A stretch of DNA of 64,000 nucleotides from Carpediemonas membranifera BICM (lineage: Eukaryota; Protista; Fornicata), in contig JAHDYR010000038.1 of the NCBI GenBank assembly GCA_019828565.1, positions 450,735 to 514,734 of the forward strand, in the 5' to 3' direction. Both the position numbers and the translations under genes were made by a program. Positions 52,941 through 64,000 of this stretch are shown here, in pieces (within the stretch, counting starts at the first letter, position 1; each line of letters starts with the position of its first letter). The notes beneath the pieces are model-generated. The model was not told where the DNA came from. It did not search any database and was given only the letters and a program-made list of their open reading frames with translations.

Positions 52941-53245
52941 GGTCGGCTGCACCCTAGTTTCGTCTAGCTGTGGTTCATTCTCGCGTGCTGGCAACAATGA
53001 TGGGGCGAGACTACACTGGCCGGTGTGATTATTCTGGCGAACAAGAGCGCTGTTCCGGAATCGCGCTCGAGTGTCGAAGGCTCTCATCACATCAAGGATC
53101 TCACAAGGATCTTCCGACGACTCGCTGAGACCAGGCGGGCCAACCATCTACTCACTCGCCAGAGTAACCCCACTTATCTTACCCAACCGTCGCTGCGGGA
53201 CGGGGGACCGGCTAGTCCGGCTCAAAGCTGCAGCACATCTCCTTT
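52941..53245 (+). ncRNA. Candidate structured ncRNA (family unassigned)
   Basis: Nested stems 52946-51/53229-34, 53016-24/53207-15 and 53029-40/53156-67 enclose several hairpins. Mismatches are G-U on the + strand. Confidence 0.3.
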
Positions 53246-53347
53246 ATGAAGACACGGATAAATACGTAAACGAATACCTCACTCTTTGATTTGATTTGAT
53301 GCAGTCCCCCTTGCAAACTTAACCTACTTGTATTACATTTATCAGCG

Positions 53348-56300
53348 TTAAACGTGGGGTGAGAGGAGTCTCTTCTTCATTCTGACCCGCGCGTGTTTCC
53401 CCACAATCACGGCGACCACGACGCTGACGACAAGCATGCTAGTCACAAAGAAGACCAACACACTGATGCTGACAATTGTCACAATATGCCCAGTTGTCAG
53501 CGAGTTGTCCTCCTCAACTTCAATGAGTTTCACCCCGTCGAGCAGGACATAAGTGTCAACGCCAGGCTCGAGGACTGTTGAGTTGAACGACAGCGGATAG
53601 CCTGTGCACACCTTGCCGTTTGACACGTGTAGGCTTGTTACATTAGTCCCGTCGACAACGAATTCCAGGTCTGCGGTCGAGGTAAGGTCGGCATCGAGGC
53701 TTAGACACAGCGGTGTGAATGATTCAACCTCAGTATCAGCTGACGATGGGGGCAGCGCGTGGATGCTGGGGTATAATGTCACGAGGGAGAGGGTCGGCTT
53801 GAGTTTTGACTTGATAAAGTCAACTGTGACGGTCGACTCGGCCACGCATTCGATGCCGCGCTTTGTCATCCTCGCCCTAGTTAACGGACGGACGCCAAAC
53901 ACACCAGCGTCCATGCGAGCTGGGCAGATGAGCGAAGTGCTTACCGCTCCGCCCCCGTTCAATCCAGAGAGGACTGGCGACCCCTGGCTGGGAACCGCGT
54001 AGGCTGAGTCGAGCACGACAGTCGTAGTCGTGGTCTGGCCGTCCTCCATCGTCACCGCGAGCGAGTACGTCCCCGCAGGAACAGAGGCGGTGTCGGCCAC
54101 GAGCACGACTTCAGTAGAGTCACCCGACTCGACGAGGACGCAGGGGGCAGTCTTCCCGCCGACGTCCATAGTGACAGTGCTCACGGTGGAGTTCATGACG
54201 GCGGTCTTCATGGTCATCCGCGTCGTCGAGTTGACCGAGACCGTCTCGTCGAGCCATCGAACACAAACGGCGTGGGGCTGGCCATCGTTGGGCGTGCTAC
54301 TCTTGTCGACACACTCCTTGCACGATGTTTGGCCGGTGGCGTCCTGATAGAACCCGCCGTCGCATGGCTTCTGGTGGCTATAGTCGGAGTTAGAGACGTA
54401 GTAGCCGGCCTCGGCGGTGTAGCAGCTGGTCTGGCCCGTCTCGTTCTGGAACTTGCCCGACTCGCACTCGACCTGGGCATTCGCGGCTGTCCCGGAGACA
54501 TAATGGCCCACGGAGGCAGCCACGCACGTGGACTGGCCAGTGCTCGGCTGATAGTGGCCTTGGGAGCAGTCGAGCTCAGATGTGTGGGGCTGGTTGTCGG
54601 CAGGGACATAGTGGCCAGCAGTGGCAGTGGAGCAAGAGCTCTGGCCCGACTCTGGCTGGTACTGGCCGTTGTCACAGACACGCTGGGCAGTTTTGTCCAT
54701 TTCATCGACGTAGTACCCGGGTGTGGCTGCTTCGCACGAGTCGCTGCCGCTGTCTGCCGAGAAATGGCCCGAGTCGCACGGCTCCTCTTCAGTGGCACCG
54801 TCTCCAGCCGCATAGAACCCAGGCTGAGCCTCATTGCACGAGCTATGGCCGGTCTCGCTCTGGTAGGTCCCGGCAAGGCACGCGGCCTGGGAGGAGTGTG
54901 GCTGCTCGTCAGCCAAGACGTAGTGGCCGGCCTCAGCGGTAAGGCATCCGCTCTGGCCCGAGTTCGGCTGGTACTTTCCGTCATTGCATAACATCGGAGT
55001 GGTGTGCGGCTTCCCGTCGGCTGGAACGTAGTAGCCGGGGCCTGCCCCAGTGCATGAAGAGACACCTTCGGTGTGAGAGAACTTGCCGTCGTCACAGGGC
55101 TGCTGCTTCGTGCGGTTGGTGTCCGCAACGTAGTACCCGACATCGGCCTTGGTGCAAGTGCTCTGGCCCTTTGTCGAGGAATACTGCCCTGACGCACACG
55201 GCTCCTGGGTCTCACTCCCGACTGTGTCGACAAAGAAACCAGCATCAGCTTCAAGGCAGGAAGCTGTCCCAGAGTGTGGCTGATAAGACCCAAGCGAGCA
55301 GTTGACCTGCCTAGTGTTGTCTGATCCAGCGACGTAGTGGCCGGGCTCCGACTGCTGACATGAGCTTGCCCCGCTGCCGCTGCTGTATGTTCCCACGCCA
55401 TATGAGGCGCATGATTGTTGGTGTTCCTGCCCCTTGGAGTTGACGTAGTAGCCGGTTTCGGCTTGGTAACACGTTGTGAGGCCAGTTTCATTGCTGAAAG
55501 TACCGAGATCACACTCCAAATCAGTCGCATGCGGCTTACCGTCGGCTGGAACATAGTGGCCAAGTCTGGCAGGCTCGCAATAGTTCTGACCTTCGTTCGG
55601 CTGGTACATACCTCTGTCGCACACAAGTTGCCGCGTGTGGTCGTCATCATCGACGTAGAATCCTGCGCTGGCAGTGTTGCATGAAGAGGCCCCGGTTGTG
55701 CTGACGTAAGACCCACTAGCGCTGCAAGCCGTCTGATTAGTGGCTCCCGTGACCGATACCACGTAGCCTATGCTGGCGTTCAGACAAGAAATCTGTCCAG
55801 GGTCGGGTTGGTAAGTACCGATGTCGCACGCAACCATGGTGTCGTGTGGCTGATCGTCATCCAGTGTGTAGTGGCCAGCAGCCGCCAACTTGCAGGAGGG
55901 CTGGCCGGCTTCATCTTGGTACTTCCCGCCGTCGCACACAAGCTGCTGCGTGCGATCAGCATGGACAACATAGTAGCCGGGATCAGCAACAGTGCACTCG
56001 GTGGATCCAGAGCTTGAAGAGTACGAACCGCGAGGGCACATCGACTGGGCGGTAGACCCGGCAAAGGGCACGTAGAACCCGCGGTTGGCATACAGACAAG
56101 AGGTCTGGCCAGCGTCTGGCTGGTATGATCCGGACTGGCAGGGTGTCTGGGAGACGGTGTCGGTGTATATGTACCCGGGCGACACCTCCAGGCACATGGA
56201 AGAGCCCAGGGGGCTGTATGTGCGTTCTTCCACTGCACACGCGACACACTCGCCGGAATTCGCGAGCTGGGTGCCAGGTAGACACGTGGTGTTGAGTAGC

Positions 56301-58763
56301 TTCGCTTCAACATAGCCTACAGAGACATCACTGGCGTGCTTAGTGTGACCGGCGTAGAACAAGTTGCCGACACACTGGAGCGGGCCTGCATTACCGAGCA
56401 TGTCGTTGTAGTACTTGCCCGTGACCTGCCAGTAGAGCTTGTAATTGCCAGTCTCGTGGTTGAAAGCGTAGATGTTGACTGCGCCGACAGACTCGTTCTC
56501 CGCCGAGTCCCAGTAATCGCCGATGATGAGCTTATCGCCGCAGGCTGCGATTTTGCTGCCAAATATGGAACCGGAATGGGCAGTGTCGATGATTCCAAAG
56601 GGGTTCAACTGTTGGTCATCCGATACAATCCGCAGCGGATCTGTGGCAGAGTAGTCGGTCGCCTCGTAAACCCAGACCTGGTTGTCTCTGCTGCTGCCGA
56701 TGAACAGGTGGGTGCCGTTCGAGGCCAGGCTCGTCCCGGAGCCCGTGGACGTGGAGGGGTGGGTGTTCATTGACCCGAGTAGGTTAGTGTCGTAGTCATA
56801 AATGTCCACCCTCTTGTTTCCGAGGTTGTGGAGGTAGATGCGGGACTCGTCAATGGCTGTGTGGTAGCCCAGATTGTCGCCAGATGTCGTGCCATCGATT
56901 TGAGAGACTACATCGTCACCGCCATTCGTGGAGATCTTGACAATGAGCGCGCCGCCGGTGTCGTCTATATCATTGGCGCTGAGACTCGGCAAACCGACGA
57001 CGAGGACATCTTCGTTTTCGAAAGAGATGGCGCGCGGCTCCACCATCTGCTCAGGGAGTTCGATCGTGGCGTACTCAGTGAACCCAGCCCCCGAATGCCC
57101 ACGGCGATCGAGGACGACGATCTCATCGTTCGTATCGACCAGGAAAATGAAGTTGTCAGTGGCAGCCATCCGGCTCTTGCTGTAGTACGATTCGCCGCCA
57201 GATCCGATATACGTGCCGTCAGACGTAAACATGTGAAGGTAAGGCGACTGCGAAGTGCGGAGGTAGAGGTAGGACGGCGTCAGGGCGCTGTATGTGGGGG
57301 AGTCGACGACGTATGAGGCAGTGTCGTCGTCAAGGCTGATGTCAAAGCTGCCGTCATAGCAGGTCCAGCCGTCGGGGTGGGTGACGTAGCCTGCGGGGCA
57401 GGACAGCTGGGCCTCAGGGGCGTTCGGCATGACGTAGTAGCCGTCGTCGGGGGCGAGGCAGGCTGACTGGCCAACGGAGGGCTGGTACGTGCCGCGGGGG
57501 CAGGGCAAGCAGGGGCCATCTTGGCCGCTGTAGGTGCCGGCCGGGCATGGGGCGCAAAGGCCGGTCGTAGCACTCTCGTATTCGCCAGGAACACAAGATG
57601 ACCAGTCGTAGACTTCGAATGTGCGCTCCATGGCTGTTCCGGCAGACACGAACAGCTGATCAGACGAGACGCCGACCATGTACCCCATGTTGTCACTGGC
57701 ATCTGGTGCGTAGGTGAAAGCCTCCTCGTACCGCTCGCCGTTGTTGATGTAGACGTAGACGCGACCACCACTCATCCCACCCTGAGTCGGCTCTTTGTAT
57801 GCGCCGACAACGAGCCTACCGTCCTTCATGGAAGCAACATATCCGAAGTCAACGTCGCCCCAGTCGACCTTCGGGTAGAGTGTCTGGACGTGCACAGGAT
57901 GGACGGGGTCCTGCACGTTGATGTGCACTCGGCCGGCTTTGTTGCTGGGCCGGGATACCATGTTGGTGTTCCAGTCAGCAAAGGCGAGGAATCCGATGTC
58001 GGCATCAAGGTAGAGTCTCGGCTGATAGTAAGATGGCCACTCATACAAATCAGTGTCAAATTTGATTATCGCAAGCTCGCCGCCGGTTGAGTTTGACACT
58101 CTGATGCCAGGACCAGAGTCCCAGTAGCAGTAAATCGTGTCGTTGCCAGCCACCATCTGGTATAAGTAGGCGTTGTTTTCGACATAAGTGGAATACCCGG
58201 GAACTATCGTGCCAGTAAGGGTCCATGCGGCGTCGATATATTCGTAGATGAAGAAGCCGCCCTTCGTCCGCGAGTAACCGGTCTCGGGGCTCGTCACGCG
58301 GGTGCCATACGCTCCAATGACAAGACGGTCGTGGTCGAACGAGAGCACACGGCCCCAGCCGCTAGCGCTGCTGGGGACTGTGACGTTTTCTATGTCGTCC
58401 GGGGCGTTCAGTACTGTATAGCTGCTGTAGTCGGGGTACCCGGTGGCGTTGAGGGCATAGATGTGGACAGCGCGAGGCGTCGCTGGAAGGGCTGGCAACG
58501 AGCCAGTTGTCACCGACAGCGAGCTGGACAGATGCTGTGGTGTAGTCGCTGGTGTCAACTTCTTTCCACACGCCGCCTTCATACGCCAGTGTACGGATAT
58601 AGCGGTCTCCAGAGGTGATCATCGTCTTGTTGGCACCGGGGAAGAAGAGATCGTAACGTGCAGTGACGGCAAAGGTCGAGGGAGTGGTGGGAGCGGCGTA
58701 TACAGTGCCAATAGACACCAAGAACGCAATGGCGAGGATAAAGAGTCGATGATTCACCCTCAT
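53348..58763 (-). CDS. Cys-rich surface protein (two propeller-like regions, CxxGxYQ repeats, TM) with a frameshift near 58472 (pseudogene or assembly indel)
   Basis: Signal-peptide frame (MRVNHRLFILAIAFLVSIGTVYA, ATG 58763) switches to the 1744-aa frame at ..SSDAS/AVHIY.. with no GT-AG intron available. Confidence 0.8.
54351..54880 (-). repeat. Second copy of the 530-bp block
   Basis: Reverse complement of 47713-48242. Confidence 0.92.
57437..57513 (-). repeat. 77-bp block identical to 15156-15232
   Basis: Encodes CLPCPRGTYQPSVGQSACLAPDDGY in both paralogues. Confidence 0.9.
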
Positions 58764-59281
58764 TTCAGGATTACTCGTGGCACATAAGCGGCGGAACACA
58801 CGTTGGTGGTTCAATAGGCGTATTCTCATGCCTGACTCAGATACCACACGCAGTTGTAGGAAAAAAGGGAGAATTTCCTGAAATCTGATGGCATCAGAAG
58901 AATCACAAATGTATCTCAATTTCGGGCAATAAATGCCCAAATAAGTTGAAGGCTATATCATTGTAGAGCCTGTCTTACGGCCACATGGCCCTGGTATTTT
59001 GACCCTTGTTCGACAATCAAGGGATGATCAAAAGACAGTCAGATTTGACTGAAGTGATGTGTGACAGTACTCAAACAAGCGACTGTGTCCTTTGGTTGGA
59101 GCTCGATTTGAATGCCAGTATGCTTGTGTCTCATCTGAGTCATCTTGTCAACATCGGGACGATGGGGGGCTCGGGACAGTAATAACAGAACCCATGCTCT
59201 GAGACGCACGTCTAACATCTCACGACACCATCGGCAGGGCGATATTTGACTCAGCGACTGCAGACTTCGTCGCCATGAGAA

Positions 59282-61294
59282 ATGTCGGCGGAGCACAATT
59301 CACCATACAGCCCCTTGCCGGCTGCAATGTCTATTGATGAACGAATGGAACAGATTAGACAAGAATCTTACGAAGCAGCTCTCGAAACGCTCCGCGGAGC
59401 CGCAGAGCAGCAGATGCGGCAGAAATTGCTGCCCAGAATACGCGACCAGGTGATTAAGGAAGTGCAAAAGGAAGAGAGGAAGAAACTATTTGCCGGTCTC
59501 TCTCCAGAGGAGAAGCAGGCACTTCTGAAGGATGAAATCGATCGCAAAGTTGCGTTGCTTTCCGCAAAACTCCGAGACAAACACGATCAGTCCGTCAATG
59601 ACGCCGTCAACGCACAGCTAGATACTGTACGAGAAGAGATGCGTAAGGCAGCCGAGGAGGAGATCCATCGCATAGCGGAGGAGCGGGTACGAAAGGAGAG
59701 GTTGCTTCTCCGTGACGAGACAGCACGAGTCAAGGCGATGGCCGAGAAACTGCGCGACGAGGAGCATTCACAGAGGGCAAGCACGCTTGTCCGTAAGCGT
59801 ATGGCCGAGCTCGAGACGCGGGCATCCAGAGAGCAGGCCCAGTCAAATCGACTCCTGAATAAGCTTAAGTCGACTAATGCAGCGCAAGAAAAGGAGCTAG
59901 AGGAGCTCAAGACTACCCACCAGAAGTTGAATGACAAGTATGCGCGTGTGGTCGGCCGGTCGAGTAAGCTCAACCATGAACTCCAGGCCAAGGCCAAGGA
60001 AGCGGCCTCAGCGATGGAAGCAAAGGCCGAGGCAGATCGTCATTCAGCCGAGCTGCAGGCTAAGGTCGACTCGATGACTGTGGAGCTGGGTGAGATGAGA
60101 GAAGAGCACTCCCACGTCATGGAGGGGCTGTTGAAGACTGACCAGTTGCGGCAGGAGGCAGAGACGGTGGTGGAAGGGACGCGGGAACAGCTGGCGATCG
60201 CCCAGAGGAGGATTGCGGAGCTGGAGGCGGAGTTGAGAGCTGAGCGAAGCAAGCGGGAGATCCCCCAAGCGAAACTACTGGAGAGCGGTCAGAAAAGAAA
60301 AGCACAAACCCAGACCAAAGCTCAGGAGCGGCAGGGTAGCGCTAGCAGCGAGGACAGTGAAGCCCCCCGCACCGCCCCGGAGAGGGTCCATGCACACGAG
60401 CCTGAGGCAGCTTCCCCTGCCGCATGCCCTCAACTCCCGTCGCTACCCGACGACGTGCTGGACTCCCTCATTGATCTTGACACGCCCGAGACGCACAGCT
60501 CAAGCCATAGCGGGCCGAGGATGTCAGCCCGCAGCTCGCCATTGAGCCAAGATTTATTAGCAACTGAGGCGCCAAGGCCGGCTCGTGCGGTCGACATGAT
60601 GGGCGGGGATTCCGGCACTCTGGCAGTGCGGAGCCGACTGGGTCGCAGTGAGATGGGGCGCGGTGATCGGGCTTCACTGGGCGTTTCGTCCCGAGGCTTC
60701 TCTCGCCGAGAGGCTTCATCGCCCAATGATTCCGCGACTCAGGGCACGACTCTGGAGTCACTAACCAAGTCGATCCGGAGTCACTTCGAGGAAGAGTCAC
60801 GAGCCCAGCATCGTTACCAGACATCAGCACCGCTCAAAATGCCCTCGCAGTCTGACAGCAAGAAGATTCTGTTCGAGCTTGAGCGACTGTTCAGCCTGTG
60901 GGCCGAGGCGGAGGTCTCATTCAGCCACCGCTGCGCCGTGATTGAAACGATCAGGGGCCAGACTTCTTCAGAGTCGCAGGCGAGGATGATCCACCGGACA
61001 ATCAAGGAGGAGCTGGCCGAGTGCCGCGCAGTGCTCGAGAAGCATCGCGATGAGCTTGAACTCGTCAAAAAGCGCGAAGAAGTTAAGTCGCGCCTCTTTT
61101 CGCTGAAGATTGGGAAAGGGTCGAAGTCCGACGTCAATGCGACCATGGCCGAGCTCCGAAGAACCGACCAGAAGATGAAGATAGGCGTGGAGGCCGCTAG
61201 GAAGCTGGACGGCAGCCCTGTAATGTACCGTGGTGTCCCGTACGAGAGCATCTTGATTGTGGATGGTGTTCTCCCACTTTGCACAGGACGTTAA
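59282..61294 (+). CDS. Coiled-coil protein, C-terminus reminiscent of MAP65/Ase1/CCDC87 helical domain
   Basis: Long E/K/R heptads; L..LW.E.EV....R and MYRG.PY motifs. Family assignment is weak. Confidence 0.75.
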   Translation: MSAEHNSPYSPLPAAMSIDERMEQIRQESYEAALETLRGAAEQQMRQKLLPRIRDQVIKEVQKEERKKLFAGLSPEEKQALLKDEIDRKVALLSAKLRDKHDQSVNDAVNAQLDTVREEMRKAAEEEIHRIAEERVRKERLLLRDETARVKAMAEKLRDEEHSQRASTLVRKRMAELETRASREQAQSNRLLNKLKSTNAAQEKELEELKTTHQKLNDKYARVVGRSSKLNHELQAKAKEAASAMEAKAEADRHSAELQAKVDSMTVELGEMREEHSHVMEGLLKTDQLRQEAETVVEGTREQLAIAQRRIAELEAELRAERSKREIPQAKLLESGQKRKAQTQTKAQERQGSASSEDSEAPRTAPERVHAHEPEAASPAACPQLPSLPDDVLDSLIDLDTPETHSSSHSGPRMSARSSPLSQDLLATEAPRPARAVDMMGGDSGTLAVRSRLGRSEMGRGDRASLGVSSRGFSRREASSPNDSATQGTTLESLTKSIRSHFEEESRAQHRYQTSAPLKMPSQSDSKKILFELERLFSLWAEAEVSFSHRCAVIETIRGQTSSESQARMIHRTIKEELAECRAVLEKHRDELELVKKREEVKSRLFSLKIGKGSKSDVNATMAELRRTDQKMKIGVEAARKLDGSPVMYRGVPYESILIVDGVLPLCTGR

Positions 61295-62151
61295 ATACCT
61301 TAGCAATAGTCAGTGATGCGCTGTTAGACGATATGGAGCTCAGCATAAGACGTTGTCTACTTCATTTATCTATCGTGTGTGTCGTTTAACCCAATCTGTA
61401 CACATACGTGTCGTCAAGTTCATGCTCGGTGGCGAGTCTGCCATCTGCCATGTTGTTAGTTATGCAACCGCCGTTACCCATTGCTAATAATCGCTGGTGG
61501 CTCTGTGTGAGCTTGTGGTGAGAATGATCTCTGGAAAAAATCTGTTGGTTTTCTGAAGTGGAGTTGAGTCTGGCGGTGAATGAGCTCGGAGTAATGAGCC
61601 AGGCCCTGTTCCGATGGTATTTCTCAAGAGGTCGACAATTATTCTGTCCACTTTCTCTTGCTCTGAGATTCATTTGGTGATATTGCTGAGAGTAGAATCA
61701 TCCAATGAAGCCATCGATGGATCTGGGTACGATGTGAGAATGCTATGTTCACGTGAAATGCATTCTCGATCTTTATTCATCTAGAAGACCCCCATATTGC
61801 GGGTGTCGTTGTCATTAGTGTCTTCATCACCAGCATTGCTGCCCCCAATAATCTTCTTTTGACCACCAGTAGCAGTGCCTCCTCCAGCGCCAGAGTTTCC
61901 CATCTTTGATGCTGAAAGAAATTTGTGGTAGGGGCAAAACTGCGCGGTACTATAATTTGATCTGTTCAGAAGTAGTTGGCATAAAAGGAGATCTTGTCGA
62001 GCAGCTGCATCATATGAGTCCATTGTCTTCCCAGGTCTGGGTGTAACCGCCGTCGTTATCCTTTCGTAAACTCCAAACCCCCATTGCCGGCCCAACAGAC
62101 CATAATAGCTCGTCCCGTCCAGTCTATTTTACTTACACAGCCACAGCCCCG

Positions 62152-63153
62152 TCATTGGCTCAACAGTGTCCGGGGCCGTCTCTTGGGCGACAGCAGACGT
62201 CCCATTGGGCTCTCCGCCACGCTCCGCCGGTACCGCTTCAGGTGGACCAGCTGCTGGTCCTTGGCCCTGATCTCGTCGAGAAGGTACCTCAGCCGCTGTT
62301 GCTGTTCGGTGTTCCGAGCAAACTCGAGGGGGTTCTGGGTGGCTTGGGCCATGAGGGCTTCGTAGTCGGCTGAAAGGCGGGCCTTCTCGCTTTCTAGTGA
62401 GGCGGCAAGGGTCTTTGCGTCATCATCGCCGGATGTTAGGGTAATTTGTGGCTTCTTCTTCGTGTGAAGCTTCTTTCTTGCAGCAACAGTTGCCTCTCCG
62501 ATGATTGGAACGTAAGGCATGCTCACATCGATTGGACGAGACTCCGCCTTCTTCGCTCTGGCTCTTGGGGCAGATACTGGTCTACGACGACGTGTCACCT
62601 TCGCCTTCTTCGGTGGTTCGGCGGGTTCCACGAGCAAGTTCTGTTGGAGACTCACAAGGTTTGCAACAGACTGCTCGGCTTCCTTTTGTGCCCTCTGTGC
62701 CACTGTGACGAGCCTGTCTCGGTGCTCCAGGTCGGCCTGGAGACGGACGATGCGCTCCTCAGCGTCGAGCGCGCGATTGTGTATCGCACGAACAGAATCG
62801 CTAGTATCTGCCCTGGCGCGCTCAAGATCAGCAAGGAGCTTGCTTACTCTGGCCTCGCTGGCCGTCAGTCGCTGCTGCAACTCGCGCTTATCGTCTTGCT
62901 CTTGCGTCAAGTGGCGCCTACAGTCGATCAAATCCGCCTCCTTGGCGACAATCTGGTCTCTCATTGATACAATGAGCCTGAGAAGCTCATCTTTCTCTGT
63001 TTCGGCGTGCTGGCTCCGTGATGGAGGCGAACGAGGGATAGAATCATAATTTGTGGTACTGAGCGTGTTTGGCCGGTATCTCGGAGGAGAAAGAGCGCTC
63101 ACCTGCCTTATGGAGGTGCTGAGCTCGGCCATTGGGTCTGATGCCGCAGACAT
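62152..63153 (-). CDS. CEP57/translokin-like coiled-coil protein
   Basis: N-terminal coiled coil, central MPYVPIIG, C-terminal LESE...LS.DY..L...L..LL.EI.AK.QQL..LKRY resembling the Cep57 microtubule-binding domain. Confidence 0.6.
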   Translation of the reverse strand: MSAASDPMAELSTSIRQVSALSPPRYRPNTLSTTNYDSIPRSPPSRSQHAETEKDELLRLIVSMRDQIVAKEADLIDCRRHLTQEQDDKRELQQRLTASEARVSKLLADLERARADTSDSVRAIHNRALDAEERIVRLQADLEHRDRLVTVAQRAQKEAEQSVANLVSLQQNLLVEPAEPPKKAKVTRRRRPVSAPRARAKKAESRPIDVSMPYVPIIGEATVAARKKLHTKKKPQITLTSGDDDAKTLAASLESEKARLSADYEALMAQATQNPLEFARNTEQQQRLRYLLDEIRAKDQQLVHLKRYRRSVAESPMGRLLSPKRRPRTLLSQ

Positions 63154-63318
63154 TGCTTGTCTGCGCGAAAATTTTGCCCGACATTTTGATCGGACCGGCC
63201 AAATCCATAAAGTGGACACACGTACCGGGGGCATACAGTGCGTGTGTGTCTGATCATTTGGAGCTATAATTGGCTGGTCAAAACTAATCTGGGCCACTTC
63301 CTTACGACAGACGACCAA

Positions 63319-64000
63319 ATGAAAGAGGGCAAAAGCGCCCCCTTTTCGCTCAATAGTACAAGCATTTCTAGTTTCATTGGAGTGAAAACAACGTTGAAGA
63401 AGAAGATTCGAGAATCGGCGCCTTCTTCTCCGAGAAAGCACAAACTCCTGTCCAAGCCGGGTAAGAAACACCGCAGCGCCGAGCACGCCTCATCTCATCA
63501 TCACCATCACCACAAATCAGCCAAGGGATCGGACAAGAAATCGCCGAGATCATCATCCTCTACCGCACGCACCGTCTCTTCCGACCGCACCAAGCCCGCT
63601 GACCACCAGTTTGCCTTGGTCCCTACAGTAGTGATGGACTACGAGAACATGATCCCATTCCAGGCCCCGCTCCAGTCTCAGCCGTACAATTCACCCTCAG
63701 GCGAGCTCTTCACACTCCCTGTCGTCCAGGAGAGCGAGCACTACTCGCCGTACTACTCCTCGCTGGACGACAGACCCGCTGCCCACGGCTCCAGGCGTCG
63801 TCCCTCTCTCAGAGCCCGCTCGCCCCAGTCCTGGGCCACCGCCTCCCTGAGCGGCACCTCGCCTGATACGGCAGACCTGGGTGAGCCGAACATTGAGGCC
63901 GTGATGAACTCTCTGGTCAACACCGACGTCGCCTCTCCCAGCGATCCGTTTGGCACGAGAGTTGCTCGAGTCATGTCTGCCGACCTCGATGCTGTTGAGA
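63319..64000 (+). CDS. 3'-partial hypothetical Ser/Lys-rich protein with a His6 tract
   Basis: Frame is open from ATG 63319 to the window end (absent from the ORF track because it has no stop). Divergent from the CEP57-like gene. Confidence 0.65.
   Translation, partial: MKEGKSAPFSLNSTSISSFIGVKTTLKKKIRESAPSSPRKHKLLSKPGKKHRSAEHASSHHHHHHKSAKGSDKKSPRSSSSTARTVSSDRTKPADHQFALVPTVVMDYENMIPFQAPLQSQPYNSPSGELFTLPVVQESEHYSPYYSSLDDRPAAHGSRRRPSLRARSPQSWATASLSGTSPDTADLGEPNIEAVMNSLVNTDVASPSDPFGTRVARVMSADLDAVE

Noticed and set aside
52950-53100. Hammerhead ribozyme (GACGAAAC on the minus strand) or telomerase template
   Set aside because: No properly placed CUGAnGA core, and no 1.5-repeat telomeric template.
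54214-55716. 500-aa alternative-frame ORF inside the surface gene
   Set aside because: Low-complexity R/A/T/P shadow of repetitive GC-rich codons.
63496-63513. His6 tract as vector contamination
   Set aside because: Embedded in a native low-complexity ORF with mixed codons and no vector context.
1-64000. tRNA/rRNA genes, or a prokaryotic/viral origin of the window
   Set aside because: No tRNA or rRNA recognised by eye; spliceosomal introns and Pol I, CCT and TM9SF genes indicate a eukaryotic nuclear genome.

Overview
Compact, GC-rich eukaryotic genomic DNA with standard genetic code, short intergenic spacers and rare 29-34 nt GT-AG introns. Gene content and intron style suggest a free-living fornicate/metamonad such as Carpediemonas; this is inference, not verified. 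Housekeeping genes: Pol I second subunit RPA2, NOL9/Grc3, CCT5, ARL2BP, TM9SF, a WD40 protein, a FAM13-like RhoGAP, an ecto-5'-nucleotidase-like phosphoesterase, a secreted PfpI/DJ-1 protein, a KH-Smr protein and a CEP57-like protein. Accessory content: (1) an N-terminally truncated Fanzor/TnpB-type RuvC gene at 684-1585, bracketed by a perfect 25-bp direct repeat, with one copy where an omega-RNA guide is expected and the other in the promoter shared with the neighbouring gene; (2) a giant multi-TM protein carrying a prokaryotic PocR sensor domain; (3) four related cysteine-rich surface-protein loci, three linked by identical 530-bp and 77-bp blocks, two frameshifted and one with a cytoplasmic ankyrin tail; (4) an RLE-type non-LTR retrotransposon 3' fragment, a kinase remnant, an unnamed bZIP-like domain shared by two nearby genes, and a candidate structured ncRNA. 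All calls are by-eye motif recognition; no searches were run.
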